Assembly: GCA_973895155.1 (NCBI GenBank)
Contig: OZ316894.1
Coordinates: 15,430,699-15,494,698 of the forward strand
Reading direction: 5' to 3'
DNA length: 64,000 nt
From: Marsupella aquatica
Lineage: Eukaryota; Plantae; Marchantiophyta
Shown here one piece after another: positions 25,587 to 38,809 of the stretch. The notes beneath the pieces were generated by a model, which worked only from the letters and a program-made list of their open reading frames with translations, was not told where the DNA came from and made no database searches. Position numbers and translations under genes: made by a program. How positions within the stretch are numbered: position 1 is the stretch's first letter; each line of letters begins with the position of its first letter.

Positions 25587-25698
25587 GTTGCACACACAAT
25601 GTTTAGTATAGCATATTTTATTGCATAGGACATGCACAATCCGGCATAGTATATCATAGTTTGTCGTATAGTACTAGCATGTAATACCTAAACAGATA

Positions 25699-28557
25699 TC
25701 AAGGTTGTGACGAAAAGTGCCTTGTGTTATTGTTCTCATTTTCTTGCAACTGTCGATCAAATTGAAATTGTCTTGTCATCCATTGGACCGGATCTGCGCT
25801 ATGATATTCTTGAAATGCTCCAACACGGGCATGTATGCTTGATGTGTATGGATTTGTCATGTTCTGCCTTTCATACATATTTTGTGTTGGAGAAGCATGT
25901 TGTCCCCACTGTGCATCATCAGGTTGCGCAAACAAAGTTGGTGTTGTTTTCTCAGGACAGAGCTCCGATGCAGCACCTCGTCGTTGAAATAAGTACAAAG
26001 TACTTGCTTGGACATCATTTTGTAGATTCAATGTTGGGTATGTGAAGGATGGGTTTGGTTGGGAAGGCACTACAAAGTTTGCATCAAATGAGTAGTCCTC
26101 GTCATCCTGAATTTGAGACTCATCGATTGTAGGGAACATCATTAAATCCATTTCATCTTCCCATTCTCCGACATCACTTATTTCAGTATCTGGTGGAATA
26201 CGAGTCAACATGTCACTATCAGTGTGTAATGATAATCCTTGCAAAGCCTCATCTGCGTCATCAATTGTATCAAAATCCTCCACGTCATCCTCTCCAAGAG
26301 CCGCACATGTAACACCATGTTGTTGAGTGTGACATCCTTCTATGGAAGTAGGCCTTGGGCCATCATTTGTTGTTGTTCTTTCATCATATCGTCTATACAT
26401 AGACGTATGAGGGTTTTTCACCTTTGTGAGCCCTTTTTGCACCCTCGAATTTGTGAATACAAAAACCAAGTCTTTTGCCCGATCATTGGTCAACCTATTA
26501 CGGCTTTTTGAATGGATAAAGCCGTACGAACTCCAATTTCGTTCGCATGAAGATGCACACATTTGTTGATGCGTGATTCTTCTCGCCATCAATCTTAGCT
26601 CCGCGTAATCAGCTCCATACAAATGCCACTACTCTCCTGGACTTAATTTCCCAATATTTGATTGTGCTCCTCTAATTGCAACCGATGAATTTGGCAAATT
26701 TTTTTGAGCCTCAAATGCCTGCATTTGGATGTCAGAAATAAGTGTCGTCATATCTCGATCATGGTTGATTCCTGCCTTCACCTTGTGTTCTGCATATCTA
26801 CGAATGTAATCATTGAAGCCTCTATACAGTTCTGCATCTCTTGCCACATCTTCATCTTCATCGAAGAAAAATTGAGGATTCAGATATGCTGCTGCTAACA
26901 TGAAATCAGTAGTAAGTGATTTTCGTCGATCCATATACACTTTCATTATCTTTGGTTTTAAGTAATCTGTTACTAATGTACAACCCTCCATGCTCGCCTC
27001 CAGTTTAGCTATTCCTTTTTTCAAGCTCCATTATAGCCAAGGAGACTGTGGTGAAACTCCATCGAATTCTCGCAACATCTTCACCAACGGCAGGAAAAAA
27101 GCAACTGTAGATTTTACTTGAGCCCAAAATGTATCTTGCTGTATCCACGATTTAAGTTCGTCTGCCTTTCCCCTCGTCATATGCCCCTGTGACTTTAGTC
27201 GAACTGGCAGGCGATCACGATAGGATTGCCACTTATCATCAATGACCATTTGTTGTAAAGCTCCTCTTAGCTCCAATGCTCTCTGCGCCATTAAAAAATT
27301 TGTTGCAAATCTCGTTGCATTTGGATTTAACAACTTCCTGTCACCAGATTTCCTCACAAATATTGCAGACAACTTTTGTGATGATGTAACTGCTTTAACT
27401 ATCCATCTCAAGTGCTTAAAAATCATTTTGAATGGATTTTTTTTCCACTCATCTAGCACAACATTCTTGTGGCCACACATGTCTTCTAGCAACAAATTAA
27501 AAACGTGGGCAACACACCAACTCCATGTCACATGCGGATATTTTTTCATGACTATCTCTTCACCTGCTACACGATTTGCAGGCGCCCCATCGGTAACAAT
27601 TTGTATGATGTGATCGGCGCCAATGTCATCTATGTATTTTAACCACATGTCACCAAGATACTTCCCATCTTTCTTGTCAGCTTGTGCAACGTTCCAACTA
27701 TCCAAAAAGAAATCTCCTTTTGAACTCAACAACATGACATTCATCAAAGGTTCCCTTCGGATATTTTCCCATCCATCAGATGAAAGGGAATATCCAAAAG
27801 GTTTTGCCTCCTTCATTGTTTTTGTCATGTCCTTTGTAAGATCAACTCTAGCCTCCTCCAATAATTTCATTCTCAAATTTTGCATACCCGGAAGAGAATA
27901 TCCATTTACAATCCTTTTCGAGGTTTCTGTGACTGCTTCACGAAAGAAAGGATTCTCCGACACATTGAACGGAATACCACTTGAATAAAAAGCTTTGGCC
28001 CACAGCTTATCCAAATGAGCTCTATTTGGAATTTGATAAGCATCCATGATTGGGTTTGCAAAATTTGATGCTCTACTTCGATGACTCATATTTCCATCCT
28101 CATCGAGGTCAACAAAATTTGAGTCTCGAGTTGATGCTTGCGAATTGGAAGATGGGTTATATGACCTACGACCTCTCATGGATAACAAAACATGACTTCC
28201 ATCACTTCGTTTGTACTTTATGGATGGGTCAACCTTTATGACATTGTACATTCTATTGATGTCATTTAAGTCAACAACTCCATATAAGCCTGTGCAAGGT
28301 GGCGCACCTCCTTTGTGTATGTTTCCCATCAAATGTGCTTTTGCTCGTGTTGCATGATGCGTTGTATATTTCTTACAAAATTTGCATCTTCGATATATAC
28401 GATTAATATCATTACATGCTGATGGCGTATCACATCGTTCAAAATATTTCCACACTGGGGAAAAATTTGCACTACGATCTCGATTGTGATTTCCACCGTG
28501 CCTAATAGGAGTAGAATGAGCTGATGAGTTGCCCGACTCATCTTCTTCGGAAGACAT
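25699..28557 (-). pseudogene. hAT transposase (BED finger, DUF659, C-terminal dimerization domain), two in-frame stops
   Basis: VWKYF...CKFC...RAKAHL; SSDGWEN; IVTDGAPAN; WCVAHVFNLLLED; ATRFATNF; AAAYLNP; CASSCERNWSSYGFIHSKSRNRL...AKDLVFV. The three ORFs are in one frame (~950 codons). Confidence 0.93.
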
Positions 28558-29219
28558 GATCGAAAACAAGAACTTTACACACAAAGTGACTTTTTATACG
28601 TCACTAAACATAGTCACTTAATAAAAATTGAATGATTATTTGTTAGTCTTTTGAAGTAACAACAATAAAACGAGAAAAAAAAACTACTGTGAAATATCAC
28701 ACGTCGAGTCAAACTCCAAACATGCGCACAGTGGTTCTCTTTTGTTTTCTGGTTGTTAACATTCCTATCCGACGTATGTGATATCTATAATTTAATGAGC
28801 ATTTGTCGATATAGTGAAAACATATGAGACAATTAGTGATAATCATGTAAAATATCACATGTCAAGCTTTAGCTCCAAACATGCGTACATGAATGTCAAC
28901 ATTGTCGAAATTTGTTTCACGATACCCACAAGTACCACTAAATTGTTAAGGGATAAGAAGAAAATTATTATGCGGATTACCACATGCCGAGTAAAACCTC
29001 CAAGCACGCGCGCACAAAAGTCTTTTCTATCTCTTTACATAGAGTGCTCTACTTTTAGTGAAGTGTGTCTAATGAGAAAAACTCAAAGTTTTATACAATT
29101 TAGAATGAAAAAATGTTCTATATTTAGCGGGGTTGAAATACTAGATAGGCGAGAAATCGTCACAACCCCAAATTAGCAGATATGGCTTATCTCAATTGAG
29201 TTTATCCATAACTCTAAAA

Positions 29220-29850
29220 CCCGGGCTTATCTTCCCTCCTCCCTCCTCCAACCCCTCCCTTCACCCGGGCCGGGCCTCCCTCCTCCCCCCCACCCGGGCC
29301 TCCCTCCACCCTGGCCGGGCCTCCTTCCCCCCCCCCCACCCGGGCCTCCCTCCACCCAGGCCGGCCCTCCTCCCTTCCCCCACCCGGCCCTCGTCCCCCT
29401 CCTCCCCGGGCCCCCCTCCACCCGGGCCGGGCCTCTCCCCCCACCCAGGCCTCCCTCCTCCCTGCTCCCACCCCGAGACCCCTCCCTTCACCCGGGCCGG
29501 GCCTCCCTCCACCCGGGCCGGCCCTCCTCCCTCCCCCCACTCGGGCCTCGTCCTCCTCCCCACCCGGTCTCCTCGCCCCCCCCCACCCGGGCCCCCCTCC
29601 ACCCGGGCCGGGCCTCCTCCCTCCCCCCACCCGGCCTCCTCCCCCCCCCACCCGGGCCCCCCTCCACCCAGGCCGGGCCTCCTCCCTCCCCCCACCCGGG
29701 CCTCCTCCCACCCCCCACCCGGGCCGGGCCTCCTCCCTCCCCCCACCCGAGCCTTCCTCCACCCGGGCCGGGCCGAGATGTAAAGCCGGGGCGTAAAGCC
29801 GGGGCCGGGGCCGGGTGACGAGAGGTAGGGGGGGGGCCGGGCCGGGGAAT
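29220..29850. repeat. Right subterminal GC-rich array (unit ~CCCACCCGGGCCGGGCCTCCT)
   Basis: Many degenerate tandem units; the core CCGGGCCGGG is the reverse complement of the left core CCCGGCCCGG. Confidence 0.9.
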
Positions 29851-30179
29851 AATGATGAATATGCGTCAAATGAGAGCATTTAAGGCCGGCAAATCCCGAG
29901 TTTACGTGCCCGGCAACTCGGCAAGTTGCCCGTCACATCAAACCGGGTTTGTGTCTGCCCCTATATGGAATACCGACATGCAATGTTTAATTTACATTTG
30001 TAGCAGCTCCATACGACTTGCTCTGTGGAGCTATCGGGTTCAGACCCACTCCGGTTTGTCTGGATATTAGAGAACCATCATCTTTGCGCAGCCACAGGCC
30101 ATCACACTAAGTTGTTGTCTACGCTTGTTTCTCGACTGTGTCAGTTGCCCATGTGGAAGCTGTTGCATAGAACTTCCAA

Positions 30180-32120
30180 TATGATATGACCAGTATGTGC
30201 CTACGGAAACAAATCTCTCGTGACTGACCGTGAAATTACAGAGTGCTTTAGGTTTTGGCATTGGGGAAGGTGGCCATCTGATTAAACAGCAGTCCTTCTT
30301 AAGGTCTTCAAGGAGACTACGATTTTCTTCTGCAGCAGGGTTGGCTAAGCTGACGCTCGAAATCAAGCCCCAGATCTTGAGTCGGATCCGTATCGGTACG
30401 GGTGATGATTCTCGTCGGCGTCTTGGTACGAGTAGTAGTGGAGTACTATGCTCTAATGATTCGGATCGTTTGCCACATCGTTCGAGAGACTCCCTTTCCT
30501 TGGCGTGTCAGACAAATCATGCTACGAAGGCTTGCTTTTGTGAATATCCATTCGTCGCAGTCGTTGTGATTTTTCTAGTTATTGCACTGTGCTGAGGTGA
30601 GAAATCTCCGAATTCTCTGACAGTGAGCTGCGGCATTGAAATGGTGTGTGCTAATTAGTTTTGCCAAGATTGGCATATTTTTTTCCGGAGGACACTTCGA
30701 AAACGATCATGTTGTTTCCAAACTGAGTGGTGATGTTAAGTTATTTAATGGTGTGGAGTATTGATGATAGAAGGCAGTCAGTAGAAACAGCAAGAGCCCG
30801 CTGGGCCAGGCGTGCGAGAAGAAGATGCACCCCAGTCCAGGTCAGCAATGGAAGCCAAACATGCGAATGGGCAATCGAAACCTCGTAGAACTTAAGATGC
30901 TGTCCGCTAACTCGCTTCGTTTGCAAATCGTGTTTGGGAAAATGTAATTTCCAATTCCTGGTAATCAATATACGGTTCACATTGAGCTTTGTAAACACCC
31001 TGGTGGGCATATTCAATGTTAATGCTTTGACCTCTATATTCTGAGTTCAAGTGTGTCGCATTGGTAGGTTCTTCTTGTTAGAATCTTTACGCCAAACATG
31101 TTTCAGGCAATTTTAGCAGTAGAGGAGGCTCTCCAGGCCCAGATGCAGGCGGAACTGATGCAGAAAGCGCTTGGTAAGCAGCTCATAGCTTAAGGAGAAG
31201 CTCGTCCGGGAGCTACTCAGGCAAATCGACAGATCGCTGCCCAAACCGAGACAGCAAACCAGGCAACTATTCTTGCGGCGAGGGAGGCTGCTCAAGCGAC
31301 TACCAAAGAGCAAAATGAAGCCACAAGGCAACATCCCATCGACATTCAGTTGCCAAGGAAGCCCCGCAGGAGACAATGGCTGCGATACGAGGTACGGTAC
31401 TGGACAAGGCGTGGATGAATCCCTACATTAAGGACAATGCTCTCTACTGTAGCTACTGGCTCAGAACTTTTGCAGTATGCAAGTAGTGTGTTTACCTGGT
31501 GATATTTAATTCAGTTTTGACACCATAGGTGACCACCGATACCGCAATCGATTTTATGCAAATACCTTGTGAAGTGCTTAGGATACATAGAGCAGTTTGG
31601 CCTTGTCCACGCCTGGCTAGAGCGTGGGGTCTTTTTCGACGCAGTTATATTTGTCGTTTATCAACCTTGGTGGTCATGCCTCGCAAGTGTGATGCCGTTT
31701 TCAAAAAACTTTCGTTGTTTTGTGGTAGTTACTGGGACGATGCGATCAAATCGTTTCTAGGTATGACAATTCGATGTTTATTTTTTAACGTTTTGTTTCC
31801 TCTGTGCTTCGTTTTCCTCTACTCAAACTCCCTAGACAAATCGATCCATTGTTAAATCTGAAGTACTCCTGCGAAACCAAGATAGATTAATGTTGAAATT
31901 GAAGACCAATTTGCTCACGGGCAGGGGCTCCTCAGACATTTTCTCTGGATGTTATCGGACGGGTATGATGATAGTAGTTGAACTTTGAGCAGCGGACTAT
32001 TGTCGAGTGGGGAATTATTTTGCATGCATGCAACAAGGCAATAAGTGAAGCCCAACCTCAAATGCAGGCAGCTGAACGGCTTGCTGTGCTGTGCGCGAGA
32101 CTTGACTCATTTCGAGGTTT
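30180..32120 (+). pseudogene. Possible degraded multi-exon gene of unknown product
   Basis: S/R-rich transit-peptide-like ORF 30230-30595. GC-richer blocks bounded by AG/GT at ~30782-30840, 31108-31391 and 31925-32116, but with stops and no recognisable domain. Confidence 0.3.
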
Positions 32121-32289
32121 AGGGTTAAGGCCTTCTACCAAAATTTCTTATTCGGATGATCTTTATTTACCACTGCCTTCCAAAAGATGTTTCCCTGAGT
32201 GCAACCACTTTGTCTTGCCCCGCTTCGTTTGACAAACTGAACTAACTTCGACTTGCAGGAAGCTAATCAGCACGCAGCTAAAGCCCATA

Positions 32290-35200
32290 AACGAATGGCT
32301 TTGGTGCCCAGTCACCGGAAACAGCCTTGAAGCAGCTGCAGATCAATTCACCTTAGCCAATTAGATTATCCAGACGCTTTGCCTCGACCTACATTTGTTC
32401 AAGCCAGAACATCCTGGTGTGCAAGGAATTGACACGGGAAAGAGCAAACAAATGTCAACCATTTTGATACCTTGTGTACATCAAGGGGATGGCCCTCCCA
32501 AGATTGCAGGAATGGATTTGCACACTCATATGTTTGTGAAACACCTTAGACCACTCATGCTTTTCTTTGATGATGGGAGGATAGAGTGGTCTTTACTCCC
32601 ATCATCAAGCACTGTTTTTTCATGTAGTTGACTAATGTGCACACTAATAGTTGTAATAATTCTTGCATGTCCACCTCAAGATGTGTCATCGCCTGCTCGT
32701 TTATGAAAGAGACGGTCGCGTCTATATCCAGCAAAACAACACCTAGATTACTCTTAGAAGTGACATCCCCAAAAATTAGTTTATGAGGATCCATTATCTT
32801 AATCTTAGGTACTTTCTCTTGCAACATCTTTTTTCCGGCAGAAATATCTTCTACAAGGACCTCGTCAACTACTAAGGGTTTAGTTAGAGCAATATTTACT
32901 TAGTCTTTCTGCCCCCCCATCTCCGCTCGCCTTGCCACCTTTCATGGGGTAATCCTTATTTTGATGTTCCATGGCTTCGCATGTGAAGCACAAACTTTCT
33001 GCCCGCCTTTTGTCCATGAGCGCCTGCTTTTCTCTTTCTGCCCCGATGAGGGTTCTTTCTTGAAGTTGTTGATTTTCCGGTTGTGCTTCGCATTTCCATT
33101 TTGGGGTTGAGTATCCGAACCATTGGACCCTGCCGCCTGAGGCTGCTTAGGCTTGTTTCTAGGATTTTTTGCTTTTCCAATTTTCCCTTTGGATCCTTTG
33201 CCACCCACCTTTGTCAAGTCTTACTGATTATTCACCAGTGTAGTGGTCTTGTCAAAGGCATCAGAAATCATTTTAAATTGATGATGCTTTTCTTGTAATT
33301 TTTCCCTGAGCAACGGCAGAAGCTTCACTATAAAGTTGTTTCCTGCCCCGTCAGGATACACGCCAATTAATTTTGGTAATAAGTGATGAACTTTTGGATA
33401 TCACCCCTGATGCTTATCTCCGTTACACATTTCTGAGCATGTCGCTTTGGGTGCTTAGTGGTGACATGAGCGCGGAGATACTCAACTAGGTTTTCCCAAG
33501 TTAAGACAAGGAGGAGTCCTCTCGTGCCTTCTTCCAAGACCTTTACCAAGTTAAGGCATAGTCCTTCAGGTAAGGAGTGGCTGCGGTAACCCAAGTGGAG
33601 TGCTCTAGACACGTTTGGAGATAAATCTCCATTGTGGAGAGCCAACTCAAGAACTTTTGTCCACTTTATTCATAGGCCTCATCGTAAGTTGGAGGAGTCA
33701 GTAGTTGGTTCACTTGGAACATACTCCTTCCAACTACCATTCCCCATCAGAACGTGATACACTCTGACTACCCAGACTTAGTAAGTACTTGATCTAAGCC
33801 CCCTTGTTATGTTCCAACTGCTTATAAATGAGATGTTGGTCTTGAGTCAATGACCCCAAACCATTGTCATTGGCTGGGGCCTTGTGGGTTGTACGAGGAC
33901 GGTCCTCCAACCGTCTTTCCTTTGCGGGCTACCTATCGTAAGGTTCTCGTATGGATTTTGGTGACACCCTCAACGACTTGCAGGCACCATGACTTCCCGG
34001 GGCTATGGCATCACCCTCATCACCCTAGTTATGCTTGGTTAAGTTATCCATGATGACGTCCGGCTTGACATCATCCTTTGGTTCCGTGTCCAACCCTCTT
34101 AAGGCGGGGATCAGTCCCTCTTCTGGGTCCTTGACCCCCTTCCTCCAATCCAGCTTCCGAATTGTTATCTTTCTCATCTGAGTTGGTGTTGTCCTTGCTC
34201 GACTCATCCTTTGGAGGATCGGCCACCTCCTTCCCCTTAACTCGACATTGCTTTGCACTTGACATGTTTGTCGTAGTGGCTGACAGTTTGATCGCCATGT
34301 CCTCATCATCTTCTTTGTAGCATTCATCTAGGGAAGTCCTCTTTTTATTCCACTTGGACTTCAGCCTTCCTGCCACTCTTTGATTGAGTGTTCTTAACCA
34401 TGTCTCCAACGATCGAATCTTCCCACAGTCAACTCGTCGGACACGTCAAAACACTAGTCAAAATTCCGTTGGGATTTTTGGATTTTGACCTAGCCCAACT
34501 CCGGCCCGATATCTATGCAAGCAATCGCTGTGATACCTCAAGTGGTGGACCTTGCCACCCAATGCCCTCACCAATCCCAGCACCCACGCCTAAGTGCCCT
34601 TGGTGCTTGAACGCCTCCACAAAACTCCTTGAGCAAGCAACTTGATGCCCCTTGCACCGCCTGTGGCCACCCCCGTACGAAGTTGCACTTGCTTCCTAAC
34701 ACAACCATCACTCAACAGTCCTCACTGTTTATGTAAGCAACCAAGTACCTCAGTAAGTAACCCAACCGGATCTAGATCTCCCCAAGTCTAGCATCCTAAC
34801 TAAAACTCAACAGACATTGGTAAGTAGGTTAGCAATAGGTCCTCCCGTTGCCATAAGTTGGAACCAGAGCTGACACCCATAGTTTATCCAGAAGAACTCC
34901 CTCTTGGGTGCAGCCCGGGTTCTCCATCGTACCTATCCATCACCAACTGGCCGCCTTGCTCCCACGACATGTTCATGGTGTGGTATACCACATATGTAAG
35001 AATCCTTAAAAATGGAAGAAGAAATGGTGAAATGATGAACTTTCAAAACTTTTTGGAGCTTTTTGATTGCATTTAAGTCATTTGGTGACTTACAACAGGA
35101 TATGACTAAAGCTCCTATTTATTTGAAAACCTTCAAGAACTTCAGTTCAGCTTGAAATTTGCAAGCATGATCTTTGGAGTATAATCTACTTGCTTGCACA

Positions 35201-36551
35201 ATTCAAGACTTTTTGGAGTTGGTTTACTTGGTTTTTGATCAGGTCTATGTTAGACAATTGTTATATTGGCATTTAATTACATCAAATTTTAATTAGTTCT
35301 ACTTTGTTTTACATATTAGTTTTCTTTGAATTGGAGGATGAAGAGGTATGTCTTTTCATCTTTCCAAGGATTATTCTTAATACTTATTTTAGTTAGTTTT
35401 TGGTTTTCAAGGAGTGAAAAGTTACACCTTTTCATTCCCTCTTGACCATCCTTGCTTGAGGCATTATATAAGGAAGGGTGATACACTGTAAGTTAGTTCT
35501 TGCATATCTTAGCCGAAGAGATTGTCCCTTTGACACTGTTATGGAGACGTTTAAGACATATTTTTAATGTCGCTCCTTAGGTGAAGAAAAGGAGACTAAC
35601 TTCCTTCTATATTAGATTCCATGAGGAATTTGGATATGGAAGTAAAACTACATAAATACATGTGATTTGTATCTTGGATCATAGATAGCATTGGCTTGAG
35701 ATCCAATATATTAAACTCTTTTCTTATGAAACTCTAGAGTTGTCCAAAATATCTTTGACCATGTATGATTGTTAAGAATTTGTGGAAGTCTAGAGGGGAA
35801 TTCATTTCAAGCTTTCTAGGGTAAAAGTCCATTCTCATGAGTTTTAGTACCGCCATTGGCAAACAAAGACTAGTAGCATTCATACCAAGTTGCGCATCGC
35901 CAGAGTATTGAATCCTGTTGCCGGCAGTTTACTAGTTGGGACTGCGCATGATGTCCAGAAAGATCTTTGTGGGCTTGGTGAACTAATACTAGGAGGAGAA
36001 ATGAGAGTATAAATTTAGGAAGCAGTCAGAGAGGGGTTTTGTGTACCTTTTAACATCTTAAAGTGGCCATATCTTTCGATAAGCTATGGTGATGGAGGTA
36101 GCGCACTGCTGAAGCCTGATTTTAAAAGTCCTAGAGTTATAGTCTATGAAAGAGAATTATATTTCCTTGTCTTTTGTTAATTGTGCATTTTGGTTTCAAA
36201 TGTATAAGAGGTTGAGTTTCCTCGTTAAACCACTCATTTGTGTTAAAACATTCCATTCCCATTCTGTTTTGCTCTTAGGGGAACAAATTCTGAGTTTTTA
36301 CTTTTATTATATGCATTTTTTATGCATTGACCCTATACCACACATGGCCCAAGTAGCGTAGCTTGTCCTAAAGCTTGTCCCAACACACCGGGACCAGGAT
36401 GGTCCTGGCTATAACAACCAACTCCAAGTTCTCACCCACTGATAGCCTAGAGGCCAAATGCACTTGGAACTTAACCTCCACGTCTACTTGACCTTGCCTC
36501 CCCAACGCAAGCTCCCTTGGGAGACTGAACGTGGCTTGGCTGCTTGTCACA
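32290..36551 (-). mobile_element. Heavily degraded Ty3/gypsy 5' half (LTR, Met-type PBS, gag, protease)
   Basis: Minus-strand TGTGACA at 36551. Degenerate PBS GGTATCACAGC at 34527-34537. Gag-like fragments (LTWENLVEYL) and protease-like VVLLDIDATVSFI (32555-32827). Confidence 0.6.
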
Positions 36552-37337
36552 CCATTTAGAGTGGTACTATACTATATCATACTATCTAGGCATAGAGGTT
36601 TGTTTTGTGCTATGTGAGCATTTAGTGTTTAGTTGGTGTTAGTGTGAGGGATAGTTAGATCCCCTTGTGTTGGCCAAGGGCCTCATCTTTCAATGTTAAG
36701 CCTGTAAGCCTGTGAGCATTTGAGCACAAGCTCTGCTGACTATGGTGTGGCTGACCAAGTTGTGTTCTACATGTAACGTGGATTCCTTGAAGCACAAGGT
36801 GCGTTGAGCTTGACATACATATATGATCGCATCGGGCAGGATCATTGTTAGATTGGCACTGATTGCTGTTTGATTTTTGTTGTCAAGATTACATTGAAAG
36901 ATTAACTTTGAATTTTGTTGTGCGGAGTATGCAAACAAAAGTTTGATTTCATTATGGTTTTGTTGTTGACAATTTGTGGTAGCTCGGATCAGGTTTGGTT
37001 GTTGAATGGATCACTTTTGTTATACATTTGTGTTCAGAAAGCTCTAGTGGATGTGGAGCTTCAAGGTGCTAAGTTGCGGTTTTGGAGTTGCGGTCCCTAT
37101 CAATTTGCATTACAACATCGTGGAGGATTAATTGTGTGTCGACTATTATGGGCGGATTGTTGAAAGTATTTGTTGTTGTTTTGTGAAGGCAAGTCATTTG
37201 GACTTGTGATTGATTGTGGTTCTGATTAGGGATGGTTCCAATCGGGAGTTGATAGTTGGAGGTATATGTTTGAGATTTGAGATTCGTCAAATTTGGTGTT
37301 GATGGTAGTGCATTTCTACAAAGAAAGTGCAATTGAA

Positions 37338-38243
37338 TGTTGGTGAATTGTGTTGTCAGAGAAGTAGCGCACTGCAAAGAGGTTAAGTGCGGCGGCAACC
37401 CTATTGAGCATAGACGACAATTGCAACGGCAAGCCCATGAACCATCCAATGCACAAGAGTCAACATAGAGAGATACATGGTTCACCTCCACATGAGGCTA
37501 CGTCCACAAGAACACACAAGAGCTTTACTGCACTCTCGGCCGACCGGCCATACCAAGCATCCACAGCGCAAGCTCTCTCTATCTCTCAACTAGCTATGTA
37601 ACAATGAGCTTGAGTTCCCACTCTCCAAGCAAACACCGCTTGGGTATAGAGCGTGCATAGCATGACTAACCTAACCAAGTCTGTGACTAAGGTTAGCGTT
37701 AACTACAGTACATTTGTAACTCTAGACCTAAGAGTAAATCCTAACAATCTCCCCCTTGACTCTGGTCTAGGGGAGGGTAAAGACTGCTACCAATATGATT
37801 GCTCAACGAGAAGTTCTGGAAAGAAAAACCAAACCGGTTTTTCCCTATTTATACAAGAGTAGACCAGAACTAAGTCGTAGCCTATACAGGGAATGAACAA
37901 GAGCATATCTCAATTACTACTCAAATGTTAAGTAACCCTACTTGTGAGGCAATTGCAGAACCTGCAACGCATCACGGTGTCCAGAAAAACTCTCCAAATG
38001 AATCACTTTGGTAAAAGTGTCAACCGGGTTGAGCTTACCGTCAATCTTGATTAGCTCAAACAGATTATCAAACACAGTCTGCCTGAGAAAATGGTACCTG
38101 ATGTCAATGTGCTTCACTCTACTATCCATCATTTGGTTCATAGCAAGGTGGAGCGCACTCTAACTATCACAATGGAGCTTCATATTCCCCTATGGCAATC
38201 CCATCTCAGTGATCAATCTATCCAACCAAATAGCTTCCTTTGC
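37338..38243 (-). mobile_element. Copia remnant (RNase H end, PPT, 3' LTR 37338-37746), same family as 15292-16298
   Basis: MDSRVKHIDIRYHFLRQ...KIDGKLNPVDTFTK. PPT complement CTCCCCCTT ~37749. LTR is the reverse-complement match to 16085-16298. Confidence 0.85.
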
Positions 38244-38809
38244 GGTGCATTGCAAGATTGAGGACTACCAAAGGAGGCAAAAAGTCTCCAGTCCTTTCAC
38301 TAATCCAAAGGACTGTCAACGGCCAAGATTAGCACATCTAAAGTCAAAAAGGACTTAAACAAATCAAATGCGTATAAGATGCATTCATTAGTATTTCAGC
38401 TCCCGAGGTAACCCCTTTCTTGTCGCAACTATAATTTATGAGTGAAGGACAACCGGTTCTCTAGGAGAGTGCTGGCGCTATTAGTTCTGCGTGGAGGACT
38501 TTTCAAAAACAAGGAGTCAAAGTCCTTTGGGGAAACTCATTTTTTGTCCTGACATGTAATTTACAGTTGGACAACTAGTTCTGTGGGAGAATGTCGTCGG
38601 TGCTACTAGTTCCGCAGGAATTTTCAAAATCTAGGAGTGAGAGTCCTTCTCACTTAGGCGCGAGCTACAATTTGTTCAAAAAGTATCGAAGTCGAGCGCA
38701 AGGGTCCATACTTAGCCTCGTGAAGCACAAGATGGATGCCTTTGTGAGAATTCATTCAAGAGCAGTCGTGCGATGATGTGAGATTCGAGATGTTCTAATT
38801 TGTGTTGCC

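Larger units (their letters stand above)
20176..29963 (-). mobile_element. hAT DNA transposon carrying cargo genes
   Basis: TAGGGG...CCCCTA ends with imperfect similarity extending to GTG(C/T)GACGGG. GC-rich subterminal arrays at both ends, an internal diverged inverted repeat and a hAT transposase. No matching 8-bp TSD was found, so the ends are somewhat tentative. Confidence 0.8.

Noticed and set aside
29196-29879. Pro-rich and Gly/Arg-rich ORFs resembling extensin or collagen
   Set aside because: They are translations of the GC-rich subterminal array, open in several frames on both strands.
20168-29971. 8-bp TSD for the hAT element
   Set aside because: The flanks TATCAACA and TATGGAAT do not match, so no TSD is claimed.
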